63,758 nucleotides of DNA, filler included, from Octopus bimaculoides (GCF_001194135.2; 4 parts of 4 records of this genome joined end to end with filler, not necessarily neighbours in it), one strand, 5' to 3'; numbered from the whole stretch's first letter, positions 27,831 to 41,618 are shown. Made by a program: numbers and translations. The notes: generated from the letters alone by a model not told the origin.

Positions 27831-28191
27831 TTAGAGCTACAATAGCTTGCAGAAATTGATGCCATTCTTCGTCGTTCCAATTCTAAATCCCTACTAAATT
27901 GACTTAATCTTCCATCAAACTGGAGTTTTTAAAAATCAACGTGATTGTTGATTTAAGTAGCTTCAAAATTTCTTCAGCAAAATTCAGCCATCCTGTTTAA
28001 ACAAATTTCGTTAATCATCTGCTTTCTCTGACCGCTCTCCAACACGTGTCACTGTGTGATCATCATCTGCCGTGTTCAGATTTTCCTCCCTGAAGATAAT
28101 GCCGAATTTGGGCAACCTCATCAGGTGAGAATGTTTCATTGTTAAAGACACCTCGATTTTAATATGCCTTCTACACTTCATATATATGTGT

Positions 28192-28566
28192 AGGTGCAGG
28201 AGTGGCTGCGTGGTAAGAAGCTTGCTTCTCAACCACGTGGGTCCTGGTTCAGTTCCTCTGCGTGGCACCTTGGGCAAGTGTCTTCTACTATAGCTTCGGG
28301 CCGACCAAAACCTTGTAAGTCGATTTGCTAAAAGAAACCGGTCATATATATATATATATGAATATATTTGTGTGTCTGTGTTTGTCTCCCACCATTGCTT
28401 GATACCAATGTTGGTGTGTTTACATCCCTGTAACTTAGCGGTTCAGCAAAAGAGACCGATAGAATAAGTACTAGACTTAGAAAGAAAAGTCTTGTGGTCG
28501 ATTTGTTCGGCGAAAGGCGGTGCTCCAGCAAAGCCGTTGTCAAATGACTGAAACAGGTAAAAGAAT
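28192..28566 (+). mobile_element. Full-length SINE family A
   Basis: Same head, core and tail as 13611-14050. Confidence 0.85.
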
Positions 28567-28899
28567 ATATATATATATATAATTTCTTTATTTGTGAATT
28601 AAAGCTACCATTGGTTTCATGTGAAGAAAAGTAGGAAAATATCCTAGTGTCTTAATTTTTCAAGCCGTTCACATGGAGAAAGGTATTCACCTCCATTTTT
28701 GAAAACAGTCCCGCTTCGTTCACGCGTAAATAAAACAATGAATCGATGAACCATAGGACGTTACTTTTGAGTGGCATCTTTTGGATGTTTGTCTCCCTTG
28801 AACTTATCTTTTGGGCAGATTTTTTGTGATCTATTTGTTTGCATTATTTTGCATTACTTTGTTTTTTATTCTGGGCTTTTTTCACTATAAATAATTGAA

Positions 28900-28996
28900 A
28901 TTCACAGAAAACAGAAGACAAAAACAGGTGAAGAAACAACAAGCAGTGTATTAGTTTTGCGTTCGGCAAAAACAGAAAAGTCTTCGACGTTTCGAG
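28900..28996 (-). mobile_element. PLE terminal-repeat-like fragment carrying the 3' half of a hammerhead motif, cut by a gap
   Basis: Reverse complement CTCGAAACGTCGAAGACTTTTC.. aligns with 40767-40860. Confidence 0.55.
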
Positions 28997-29488
28997 NNNN
29001 NNNNNNNNNNNNNNNNNNNNNNNNNNNNNNNNNNNNNNNNTTAATTAATTAANNNNNNNNNNNNNNNNNNNNNNNNNNNNNNNNNNNNNNNNNNNNTATA
29101 TGTGTGCGTGTATGTATTTATGTATATATATAAATATGCATACAGATATAAAGAAAACTCCCTCATTCGGATTATCCTACTTGAGACTTTCTTTGCTGGT
29201 TCACTTAACATTCTCTGACTTAATATTTTGTATTTTTATTTTTGTCTAAAATAAAGACGAAAGAATATCTCTTGATAGCTCTACAGCAGGAAATATACTG
29301 TGAACATATTGATTCAGGTTTCTCTTCGTACATATAAAAGTAGATATCTTCTCTATAATCTTTTTTCGACCTTACAACTCTGGTGTACCGGACATGTAAC
29401 CGTGAGGATAGCATTTCATCCATTCTTCACATTAACATTGTGTAAGTTTATGTTTGTGATTTCAGGCGTGAGCGCACGAGTGTGTGTG

Positions 29489-29537
<49 letters not shown>

Positions 29538-30327
29538 GTATGTGTGTAACAGCAAGGAAAATACAAACCACAACTTTAATTGACGGAATTTCCCTAGATG
29601 TATACTGTGTTCTGCTGAGGGTTTACAGTTCACCAATATAAAGAGTAGCAGTAGTATAAAACATTGATGTTTCGTTAGCCTATAATAATGTCTCATCGGC
29701 CAGGATAGGTTATGCTGTGAACGCGCGCGCACATGTGTAAGTTTGTGTGCGTGTGTATATGCCTATGTCTTTTTGCAGAAAACGTTATATGTCTGTGTAC
29801 AAGGCATGCTATCGTATCAGTATATATAATGCAGGCTGATCTATATATTTTCAGCGCTTTGTAATTATGCAAGATATACTATAGAACAAATTGGGCTATA
29901 ATTTTTCAGTTAGTCGGGTACTGCTTCACTGTTTCATGTGTAAGATATTTATTTTTTGTATCAGTATGTAGGACATATAAGGGAATTAATGTTCGGTTCT
30001 GATTTATCATAAGAGGAAACAGGAATATATTTTCTTGGATAAAATTCAGCTGGTGTGTGGTTAGTGAAAAATGTTAGCATATGTCAGCAAAATATGCGTG
30101 TAGCCTAATTTGACAGGAGGGTATCTTTTGGATGATAAAGGAAGTAGTTGCCCATAATGCAATATATAGGGTGTTTGAAATCTGCGATGTTCCCATCTTC
30201 TATCCACAATTAGTACTGTCTTTTATATAACTTATATTCAAATCTTAATTTTAAATGTATGTATTTATGTATGTATGTATGTATGTATGTATGTATGTAT
30301 GTATGTATATATTTATATATGTATATG

Positions 30328-30373
<46 letters not shown>

Positions 30374-30655
30374 CATATATATACATATACATATATACAC
30401 ACACGCATATATACATACATATATACACACAAACACGTGTCTACACATACGCACATTACACATGCACATACATATGCACATATGAAATGTATGCATAATT
30501 ATACAGATATACGTATGTATATACATACATATATGTATATATACACACACATATATATATATACACACACGTATATATGAACACGCACATGCATAAATAT
30601 TGTATTGCATACATGGCTAAATGTGATATATATATATACACTCACACACACGTGC

Positions 30656-30717
<62 letters not shown>

Positions 30718-30904
30718 GTAATAGAACCGAATGTATGAAAATTATCATTCCTGAGCTTTACATTAAAGGGAGAAAACTGTTTCTAATCACTAGATCTAAT
30801 GTAGTTGATGGTAGCCCTTCAGAAAATTTGAAATGTGTTAGTAGCAAGTGAGAGATTTAAGAGAAAATATTAACATAATGTTCTGTAATGCAAAAGTGAA
30901 TAAT

Positions 30905-31685
30905 ATTAGTTCATCCGTTATTGTCGATGTTGACAAGGACATTAGATGGGAAAAGAAGATGGTATAAGGTGTGGCCGGTTGTGGCCAATCAGTCCGATGC
31001 GAGTTTGGAAAGCCCTACCGCAGGTCGGGCACTCGTTGTTTGTTGGGATTGAAGGCAAGGAGTTGACACTGTACTAATGTATTCACATTTTGTTTGTGTC
31101 CATACAATCCTCTTCCGTTCGCACGAGGTGGTACCTCTGCTGCTGCAGCTTCGCCAGGCATGGCCGTCATGAACTTGCATTTCCGAGGTGTCGCAGTTAT
31201 GTCAAAGGTTTTCAGGGAAGCTTTCACTGAGTGTATCCGTGAAGCGCCTTTTCAGTCCATCTTGCGTGCAGCTTCCTTCTGTCAGATCGCTGTGCTACAA
31301 TCCTTTAGGAAGTCACGTGTCAGGAATTTGAACAAAGTGACATGCCCACTCGACTTGTGATCTACTCGGCAGTGTATAAATGCTTAGCAAATCAACTAGA
31401 GAGAGGACCTCTGTGTCTGGATCCTTGTCTTACCAAGTGATATTCAACAGCTTTCTCAGGTAGGTAAAGTAGAAGCGGTTTAGCTTTTAAGAGTGGTGTT
31501 CATAAACCGTTCAAGTTTTGCTGGCTGCAGCAGCGTAGATAGTACAATTATTTGTTATACCTTCAACTTGGAGGTCAGCATAATGCCTCTCCTCTCCTAC
31601 ACTGATTCACGTAGGCGCTTGAATGCTGAGCTTCCCTTAGTGATGCGTGTGTTGACATCGTCGTCAACGTTATAGATCTGTAGAG
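30905..31685 (-). mobile_element. RTE-clade LINE, 5'-truncated 3' portion
   Basis: DDDVNTRITKGSSAFKRLRESV.ERRGI..KLKV..GHVT..KRRFTDTL..CPTCGRAFQTRIGLIGH is the RTE post-RT region with its terminal C2H2-like motif. Confidence 0.85.
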
Positions 31686-31699
31686 TGTGCTCCAGAGGT

Positions 31700-32420
31700 A
31701 TGTAAACATACCGAAATCATTGAAAACAATATTAACCAGCGCAAGACAATATCCATTAACAACGGAACAAAAAGTGAAAAACTGTAGTCATGCCCCCACT
31801 TTTTGGAGGATTCAGAATTCCATTTTAAACAAAGGTAAAATATTTAAGATTAAATCAAATTTCACTTGTGCCTTGGAAAAGCTAATCTATGCCATTACAT
31901 GCCTAGGGTGTGCAAATTATTATATTAGTCAAACAGGAATATCACTTCGTCGAAGAACCACTCTCCACAAAGAACAAATCCACCACCCACGATACAGACA
32001 GATACAGGTCAGTGAACACAAAGAAAGGTGTGCTAGAAACCTTAATCCTAATTTCCTAATTTTCCCCTTCTATCAATGTTCACAGAACACCTCAGTACAG
32101 CAAAAAAATGTATAAAAAGGCAACTTTCATCTATAAATATCTTCCACAACTCAATATGAACACATAACTTAATACAGAACACTACTAACCTTTCAATTAA
32201 TACCACTAACCCACATACATCCGATACACTTTTCCCATTACAGATATATATCTACCCTAATTACACCAAATCCAGAACTACTTACCATCCTTACATATAA
32301 TCTTTTGACTCAGGCACTAGTAGACCCGACACTGTTCGGTAATCGGTGCGCATTCAAAGCTGTGATCAGTAATTTTACGGAACCGATACACCTTTGAATC
32401 TCTTTAGCAATTCACAATAA
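31700..32420 (+). mobile_element. Penelope-like element: GIY-YIG endonuclease and 3' tail
   Basis: FKIKSNFTC..LIYAITCLGCANYYISQTGISLRRRTTLH..HKERC..FLIFPF shows the IY...YI(G) motif, catalytic Arg and flanking Cys/His. Confidence 0.85.
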
Positions 32421-32791
32421 TGAATTTTATTACTTTTCTTCCTACCTCAGTTCACCTAATTGTATATATGTATCGTTATTTTCATAGAAAGCCTTTAGTT
32501 TTTTTTTATTTCCAATGTGCATTTTCGCTTATTTTTCTTCTTACTTTCCCCTTACGTTTCCACGTATAGTTTCTATTTTCTTTTTGTGACATTTTTCTAC
32601 TTTAGGGATTGCTCTTAATGTTGCCTGTCTCGCTTTTCTAGTTGATTCTTTCGGCGTTCGAAACAGAGTTCATTTTCTGTTTTGGTGTTTCATGTTCTCG
32701 TTTTTCATGTTGCTCATGTTTTTTGACGTTCTGTACCCATATATGCATATGCTAATACATATATATATAAGTATGTACATGCATGTATATA

Positions 32792-32827
<36 letters not shown>

Positions 32828-35800
32828 NNNNNNNNNNNNNNNNNNNNNNNNNNNNNNNNNNNNNNNNNNNNNNNNNNNNNNNNNNNNNNNNNNNNNNNNN
32901 NNNNNNNNNNNNNNNNNNNNNNNNNNNNNNNNNNNNNNNNNNNNNNNNNNNNNATATATCATTCACTTCCTATACATACTTGTCCATTCGTTATGCATGA
33001 GTGTGTATATATATATATATATATTAATTCAGTCACTTCCTGTTCATTCCGTTCCATTAGTTCTTCATATATTCAGTGGCATGACCCTATTCACTTTCTA
33101 CATAGAGCCGACTACCGGAAATAAATCTTAGAGATAAGTTATCGATGAAATATAACGTAGTGCGTTATCCTATAACAACGTGTATCAATTAATGATGATT
33201 AAGTGAACATTTTACAGTAAAGCGCAATCTAATATAGCAGTGACGTACACGTCAGTAGATCAGCTAATCAGAACTATGCTCTTACTCAGAAGTAATGCAT
33301 AGCGTCGAAGATGGGGTACGATGTCGTGTAGTGCTTGACAATCAAGTGACATATAAGTAGACTGAAGATTACTCATTTAATTATACATCGCATAAAGACA
33401 ACATCTCTAACTTTTGGGTGGTATCATTTTTTCCATATTCAGTCTCTAATTACAATATTTTCAAATGCCATTTTTGCATTTCCTATCACAGTAATTCAGG
33501 AAACACTAGCGGGGGCGAGGATATACCAATCAGATTTTAAACAGTCTTACTGACTATCTAGTGAAAGCGTTCGATAAGCTCTTTCCACGGAAATGTCAGT
33601 TCGTTAAGGAAATAATTCAAAACAAACAAAGAAAAAATGCTACACTTTAACAGAAAGGGTTCTGTTGAATAACTTAAGTATAAATACACCGGTGGATCTC
33701 CTTATTGTAGAAATCTGTCAATTATATTAAACTACTTCAATTTTAATTAACCCAGTTGTTCATTATATGATACCTCGACCTATCCTTTTCTTTCTTTTTG
33801 TCTATCACTGACTATTGCCACTCCACTTCTGACCATCGCCGTCACCTCCATCACCAACATGACCCTCCCTACCATTACACTGTCAAATTTCAAACCGTTC
33901 TTATCAACCTGCCTTTGTTTTCGGTTCATCATTTTGTTCATTTGCGTTATCTTTCGGTTTTCTTTATTCTTTTAGTTTTCCTTTCTTCCAGTTTCTCTCT
34001 CTTTCCCTCATTTTTATTAGTTTCATTTCTTATTTTATTCATTATATTTTACAATTTTTCATTCTCAGTTATGTTGCATACGATATCTACAGCTCGACTA
34101 ATCTCTTTGCCTCCTCCTCCTCCTCCTCCTCCTNNNNNNNNNNNNNNNNNNNNNNNNNNNNNNNNNNNNNNNNNNNNNNNNNNNNNNNNNNNNNNNNNNN
34201 CTTCTTCTTCTTCTTCTTCTTCTTCTTCTTCTCCTCCTCCTCCTCCCCCTTCCTCTTTTGGTATGTCTTTGGCCTTTTTTATTGTCAAATACATTAAGTC
34301 TCTAATCACAATATTTTCTTTCTCCTTGTCATATCACCATCATCATAACCACTACAGCTACAATCTTCATAAACATCACCATCTCTACCACCCTTGATAC
34401 AATCACATCTCCTCCGTCACATCATCATCATCATCATCATCATCATTTCCTCCGTCACATCATCATCATCATCACCACCACCACCGCCATCATCAATAAT
34501 CACACAATGATGAAATGGGAGACCATCAGGTGCTGGACATGATGTACCACAATCTTAATTCAATGGCTATTAGGTTCGCGATAAAATTAATCTCGCCAGT
34601 ATCGATAAAATGCGTTGCAGTATTTTGTTAAGTTGAAACCTGCCAGTGTTGGTTTCGTTTTCACCTCTACAGTATTGGAAGAGGCGGTACCCATATTCCT
34701 TGTAGAATCTACCGGACAGATGTTGTTTACGTTTGCTCTGAATATCTATTGGCACATATTTAAAGCATCAAACAATAGACTTCCAATATCCCAGTGGCCA
34801 GTCATTTTTAGCGTTTTGGTTTCATTGGTTAGTGGTCTGTGAGTGTGGATTTTGTCAAATCTATAATATTATGCAGCGAACTCCTTTGGATTCTTTGTAA
34901 TTGCTTATAGCTTTTGTGAAGATAATGATTACTGGGATCAAGTAGAACTTGCATAGTCTATGATGGGAAAATGCATGGTTTATATACCGTCGGACAGCGG
35001 TGACAAACTCGTACATCGGCTCATTTATTACCGCCTGATCATTATGCCTTGCTCCAGTTAGCATCTGGTGAAATAAGTGCTTTTTCTCCTTCTCACAGAA
35101 GGCATACACTGACATTGCAGAATCTGGAGAAGGTCTTCGACTGTGAGCATGTGTGGTTGCCATTTCTTAGACCCATTTCCCTATATCTAATCGATCTGTT
35201 TCACGGAGGTGCAAAACACGGTTCATTTTAACCAAAATCTGGGTACCATCTGTCTGTTACAGTTCGTCAGAATTCGTGTAAATACGACAAATGGAACTTC
35301 GTAGACTTGCTTTGTATAGAGTATTAATGAAAGCTAAGAGTGACGATGTTATTGACCAGATTCAGGACTTCGACGTATATCAACCGTGCAATGTATTCCT
35401 GTGGACTTTTAGACCAATTACTATGAGCAGCTTTCAGGAATTCTAGTCTCGGCAGTACGTTCACAGAAGGTAGTGATTGTACGACAGTACTGCTTGAGAT
35501 GCATATATATTATGGAAATCACTCAGTCAACTTCAGTTGATTGCGACGGACAGACAGTTTTCCTCTGCCTGATGGTTACAATGAATGAGATTGTAGAATG
35601 TAGAAACCGGGAGGAAGTGAGCAAAGATACTTTCTTTACCAGTTAAATTCTCGTTAACTTTCTTTTAGTGCTTCTTTGAGAGGAAGATGTGGTTGTAGAA
35701 GGAGATTCTGCCTGCAAATAAATTTTCTAAACGGTAGATGATTTTGGTGCATATTTCCTATGTGATTCAAGCAACTTTCCACATGCTGTTTTAGAGCGAT

Positions 35801-36084
35801 TACTGTAAATTGGAAAGAGAATTTGTATTTTGTAATAAGAATAATCTGATATCTAGGGTTAATCACGCCCCAGCGCCATGATTTTCAAATAGAACAAAAT
35901 ATGTGCCCAGAACCGGAGATGGCTTGCAGACACAAGGTACATTGTAAAATTCTGAGTAACCACCTTTCTCAATGACAAGAAATTATTAGTACCTCTTATT
36001 TTAATAGAGTGTACATTAAATTATATTTACCTCTCACTGGATGACTATTATTGATGATCCTACTTTAATGGAACAGTAAACTAT

Positions 36085-36118
<34 letters not shown>

Positions 36119-37367
36119 TTTTGCTTTACGTGCCCGCCGTTTTCATGTCGTGTTGTAAACACCAACTGTTCTCTTATTTTTTCCTTTTATGTATCCCCAA
36201 ACATTCGGTCCATATAACTGCGGTGACAGATTGGCAGAATCATTAGAGCATCGGATGAAATGCCTTGCGGCTCATTATATTCTGATTTCGAATTCTGCTT
36301 AGGACAACTTTGCTTTTCAGACCTGTGTCATTAATTGACTCAGATTTGAATTAGTTTTGAGGGTTAAATTGTATCCTAAGGTGATTGCTTTCTTGGAGGT
36401 CCCGGCATATATTACCATTATCTTTCTATTTCTTTTCAATTCACATACCTACTAAAATAGTCTTTCCTCTTTCTGCTCTATTTTCATTTCCCCATATCAA
36501 AGTATAACAAATATGTACCGACCCCGCTTCATGATGCTGCTGGTGATGATAAAACAATGATAATGATCGTCATCCTCATTATCATCATTATTATCGTTAT
36601 CATCCTCCTCCTCCTCAACAGCATCAGCAACTATATTATCATCATCATAATCCTTCAACCATCATAACGTGGCCACTCGCCGACGATTATATATTTTTTA
36701 CATTTGTATTCACCCTCTCTTCTATTAATGGCGTCAAAATTCTTCACCAGCTCTACAGCTCCCACGCACATTGCTACAGTCTCACCTTAAGACATAACCC
36801 CAACAGCTGTTCGCGTCGCATAAATTTTATTACTATTGATTAGTTTCCAATCTACAATTGTACAACAGTCACCATTTCTTGTCAGTATGTATTTTGTTTG
36901 CTAGTCATAACTAATAGTGTTGATTTTACGCTTTGCATTCAGTTGACACTAATGATGGAATGATCTGCGTATTTACTGAGTACAATCTGTTCTTTCAACG
37001 ACAAATACATTTCACCGATATTTTCATTGATCTTCTCCAAAACGGTGTTTGATCCGGTGTATTGAAAGCATTTGTTTTGAATCAATAGCTCATGAACCAT
37101 CGTCTTTTAATGAAAAGAAAAGTTGTTTTATTTTATTCACGTACACACACATGGTTTTGTTGTTGTGAGGCAATTGCAGAAAGGAAAATGAAAAAAAAAA
37201 TCAATAATGTTAATAGTTCCCACAAAGTTAAACAATTTTCCGAATAATAACTCGTTTTAAAACAAACGCACATACACATACCCATGCATGTACATGGATT
37301 TACAGATTTACATACAAACACACACACATATATACATATATTCAAATGCAGACAGACGCGCGCACGT

Positions 37368-37413
<46 letters not shown>

Positions 37414-37423
37414 NNNNNNNNNN

Positions 37424-37475
<52 letters not shown>

Positions 37476-37984
37476 CAACTATGTAGTTGAAAATTATCAA
37501 CAAATATACTAAGAGATTTCCTAATTTTTTTTATATATCAACATGTATATGATTTACACAGATGTAAAATGCTTGACATTAATTCAGTTAAAGTCTACTA
37601 CAACTTCTAATGCAATAAAGATAAACTATTTCAACCGTAATATATAAAAAAGCATGAAATACTACCCAATCAGCCTAGCCCAAACGTAACTCTATAATAA
37701 TTTACTTTCCTCGATGTACACAACTCGCACATGTCATTTGGTCATGTAAATGCTGCTATATGTTGGTGTTAAACTTCTAAATTTACAGGTTGGACATATA
37801 ATCAACCGGTGGATTTAGTCTTGCATGCAAAAATATAAATTCAAATGCCTATACATTTACTTTTCAGAACTCTCAGCTCGTAGTCCTTAACCAGAGAGAA
37901 GAATTATAGCCACACATAGCGGCTCTTCAATGCAAAAGTCTATAATCTTATCAGCGGTATTCTTACGAATCGAGTGAGTAAATG

Positions 37985-38335
37985 GTAATGGGTAGAGACC
38001 CCCTTCAGGCATGAGCGACCATGGGACTGCACCTAAAAAGTTACCCCCGCACTCCCGAGGCACAAGTTCTGAAAAAGTTGCTTATGGAAGACCAACAATC
38101 GCCCATGCATATCAACCTCTCTCTCCACGCCACCGATATTATCCAAGGAAAAGGCAAAGGCTGGTACAATTGGCACCAGTGACATCGCAACTCAATTCTA
38201 CAGCTGAGTGATCTGCAGTGGCGTAAAATAAAGTGCCTTACACAGAAAAACGACACACAATCCGGTCTGGGAATGGCATTCGCTACCTAATGATTGTGAG
38301 CCCGACGTTCTAACCATTGAGCCATGCGCCTTCAC
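37985..38335 (-). mobile_element. tRNA-derived SINE with a family-C-like head and a different 3' body
   Basis: Minus head GGTGAAGGCGCATGGCTCAATGGTTAGAACGTCGGGCTCACAATC..ATTCCCAGACCGG. Confidence 0.7.
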
Positions 38336-39117
38336 CAATCAGGTGTGTATGCTATGATAATTCAGGGCTGTAATACCGAAAATACTAACCGAAACACATT
38401 TAACTTCAGGCATTCTTGCAAAATTTTAATTACCTACTTTGTACTCACCATTAGTATTTGGTAATTCTATCTACCACATCCCCTGAAGTAGTCAATTTTG
38501 CATTCCTTCCCTATCAATGAATATTGTTTTTTTAATCCTCAAGCTATTAAGATATTTCCGCATTAAATTTTTTCTCCTTGATACAATTTTAATTAATATC
38601 ATTCATTTTAACTGGTAATATTCCAATTATCACTCTTTATTTGCTTCTCTTTGGCAATTTCAATTTTCAACAACAATAACTTGCATTCAGCTATGTGGTT
38701 AAATTTTAATATTGTCGTATTTGAAAAGCGGTGAACTGGTAGATTCGTCATTGTTCACGACAAAAATATTAAGCTGAATTTCGTGTTTTCACGTTCCGAG
38801 TTCCACCGAGGTCGTCTTTGCCTTTCATCCTCACGGAGAAGAACATACCAGCTGGTCAGTGGGCTCGATGGAATCGACTTGCCTCCAATCACTGAAATTG
38901 CTGACAATGTGCCAAAATGTGAAACCAACATTTAAAAATTTTAACGATCACTTCAATTAATTATTCTATTTGTAAACGGAAATTATCCCCCTTAGCTTCA
39001 TTCTATTCTGATGCATAGCAATACATCTATAAGTGGAATGAGTCAACCTATGGGTTGACCTAAGCCACCTGCAGATAAATCAACTCAACCGTGTATACGT
39101 ACCATTTTGAATAAAAC

Positions 39118-39834
39118 ACTCCAAGCATATTGCAAACAGGTTGTTTTCTCCTTTACTCCCTTGACATAGTTATATACATATGTACATTATTATTAATTTA
39201 ATGTATAAATTGCCAATAAATTTTTATAGCATGGTGACTACATGATAAACATCATTAACGTGACTTTTATCCTTATATTCTATTATGAATTCATAAATAA
39301 TTTAAATAAAATAATTTAATTATTTTTACTCCTAACCGGAATAGCATTTACTTCTTGACTATTCTTATGATATACACGTTGGCTGTCGTGAGGGGATTTA
39401 AAATTGACTTTCATTGGATGTATACGCGCTATTATTTGTATGTAGACGTGTGAATCTGCTTTGGACGGTATGTACAATTATTTGGACTTATATTTCTCCC
39501 CGTATATTCTGCTCACGATGGAAGAAGGCTTAGCTTTACTTTAATCCAGAAACTGAAACCAATTCACAATAAGCGTGAGGTATTTTTAATTTTCTCTACT
39601 ACCCCGCTTTCAGCCATGTGTATATCTAGCTGGAGTTTTTGTTAGTTTTTTTGAAGGTATCGGCACTTCAAACATGCTGAAGACAGGTCGTTTTGACCCT
39701 TGCTCCCTTGATATATACCTATGTACATTATTACTAATTTAATGTACAAATTGCCTATAAATGTTTATAACATGCTGCCTACTTGATTAAAATCACTAAC
39801 GTGACTTTTATCCTTATATCCTATTATGAATTTA
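39118..39834. repeat. Direct duplication of about 175 bp (39118-39292 and 39664-39834)
   Basis: Colinear match, e.g. TGTACATTATTA.TAATTTAATGTA.AAATTGCC and AACGTGACTTTT(T)ATCCTTATAT.CTATTATGAATT; roughly 80% identical by eye. Confidence 0.8.
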
Positions 39835-39896
39835 TTTTTATATGTGTGAGTGTGTCTGTATCTGTGTGTGTGTACATATATATGACTGGATGTCTA

Positions 39897-39966
<70 letters not shown>

Positions 39967-40000
39967 NNNNNNNNNNNNNNNNNNNNNNNNNNNNNNNNNN

Positions 40001-40053
<53 letters not shown>

Positions 40054-40442
40054 TATGTGCATGCTCTTTAAAACACCATTTCCAAACTGTGAGCAACTAG
40101 CTTGTACAACCAGTTTTCTTGGTAAAAATCAATTAATCAGAACATAGGACACGAGATATTTTCTGCTTTTCCTTTTCAACTATAAAATCAAACCATAAAA
40201 TATATACGCATTAAAATTCTTCACACCTCAGTAAGCAAAACTGACTTTTCCTCATAAAGACTATGACTGAAAGGAATCAAGGACGAAGAGACGTTCACTC
40301 CAATTTCCTTTACGTGCCATCTTTAATATTTTCTTTTTTCCTCCTCATTTCTCATTCTTCTGTTTCTCTCTTTCCTTTTCCTTGTCACTTTACTTTTGTA
40401 TATATTCGCCTCCTTTTTCTTTCTCTTTCATTCCCCCTTCTC

Positions 40443-40478
<36 letters not shown>

Positions 40479-40744
40479 CTTTTCCTTTTCTTTCTCCCCA
40501 TTTTTGATTTAGATTTTCCTTTGCCTGCTCTATATCCGGATTTTTTAAAAGAGTATTTTGTCTGTATGTATTTTATCTACCCCACTGTTTATAACTTGCC
40601 TACAATTAATCAATATGCCCCAAATAAGGTGCCTTAAGTGACATTTGATCCATAATCTCCACATGTAGACACTGGTGTGAGATTGACCGTTGACTGAACA
40701 CTATTCAATTTTTTTTCTCCGTGTTTTTCTCCTTGTCTCCGTAT

Positions 40745-40781
40745 TCTTTCTGTTGAAGAGCGTAGCTCGAAACGTCAAAGA
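40745..40781 (+). ncRNA. Minimal type I hammerhead-ribozyme-like motif (PLE type) with A6U core variant
   Basis: Stem I UCUUU/AAAGA, core CUGUUGA-A, stem II GAGC-GUA-GCUC, GAAA, palindromic stem III ACGU, GUC site. Confidence 0.6.
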
Positions 40782-41436
40782 CTTTCCGTATTCCCGAGCG
40801 TCATACTAATATATACTTTTGTTATTTACACCACCTGTCCTCGTCTGTTGTTATTTTTTGTTTATTCTCCCATATATNNNNNNNNNNNNNNNNNNNNNNN
40901 NNNNNNNNNNNNNNNNNNNNNNNNNNNNNNNNNNNNNNNNNNNNNNNNNNNNNNNNNNNNNNNNNNNNNNNNNNNNNNNNNNNNNNNNNNNNNNNNNNNN
41001 NNNNNNNNNNNNNNNNNNNNNNNNNNNNNNNNNNNNNNNNNNNNNNNNNNNNNNNNNNNNNNNNNNNNNNNNNNNNNNNNNNNNNNNNNNNNNNNNNNNN
41101 NNNNNNNNNNNNNNNNNNNNNNNNNNNNNNNNNNNNNNNNNNNNNNNNNNNNNNNNNNNNNNNNNNNNNNNNNNNNNNNNNNNNNNNNNNNNNNNNNNNN
41201 NNNNNNNNNNNNNNNNNNNNNNNNNNNNNNNNNNNNNNNNNNNNNNNNNNNNNNNNNNNNNNNNNNNNNNNNNNNNNNNNNNNNNNNNNNNNNNNNNNNN
41301 NNNNNNNNNNNNNNNNNNNNNNNNNNNNNNNNTATTTATATATATATATATATTTAACGAGTGTAGCATGGAAGACACAAGTTAGATATTCAGAAACCCA
41401 CCAAAACTGTTGACTTCATTTAAAAATATTTCTTGG

Positions 41437-41570
41437 TTGTAATATGGTGTAAAACGTTTGGTCACCCGAAACTGCGACCTAGTTACAAACAAAATTTGTG
41501 ATGTAGCACACATTTTATCAATGATCAGGTCGCAGTCTCCAGAGACCAAAATTTTGACACCATATTACAA
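41437..41570. mobile_element. Small MITE with imperfect TIRs of about 45 bp
   Basis: TTGTAATATGGTGTAAAACGTTTGGTC..ACTGCGACCT versus AGGTCGCAGT..GACCAAAATTTTGACACCATATTACAA. Confidence 0.7.
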
Positions 41571-41618
41571 AGAGAGCATATTTAAGTGATGTTAACGGTC
41601 TTGCTTTGTTTCTAAATG

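Noticed and set aside
2610-28125. Plus-strand exon candidates at 2610-2718, 4267-4337, 15262-15310 and about 28080-28125
   Set aside because: The splice signals are plausible, but the peptides are unrecognisable and they do not form a convincing chain.
29041-29052. TTAATTAATTAA island inside N runs, repeated identically at 54554-54565 and 61734-61745
   Set aside because: An identical palindromic 12-mer with stops in all six frames, embedded in Ns, is an assembly linker and not biological sequence.
34500-35720. Complex, coding-looking 1.2-kb stretch (ORFs 34570-34755, 34861-35163, 35049-35231)
   Set aside because: No frame stays open. There is only a faint echo of a LINE RT motif (DPSNHY..) and one possible plus-strand mini-exon (35099-35142); too weak to call.
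39103-39706. Apparent synonymous bias between the duplicated segments (SKGENNLFAICLEC versus SKGQNDLSSACLKC)
   Set aside because: 5 of 12 differences are at third positions, which is about the neutral expectation.
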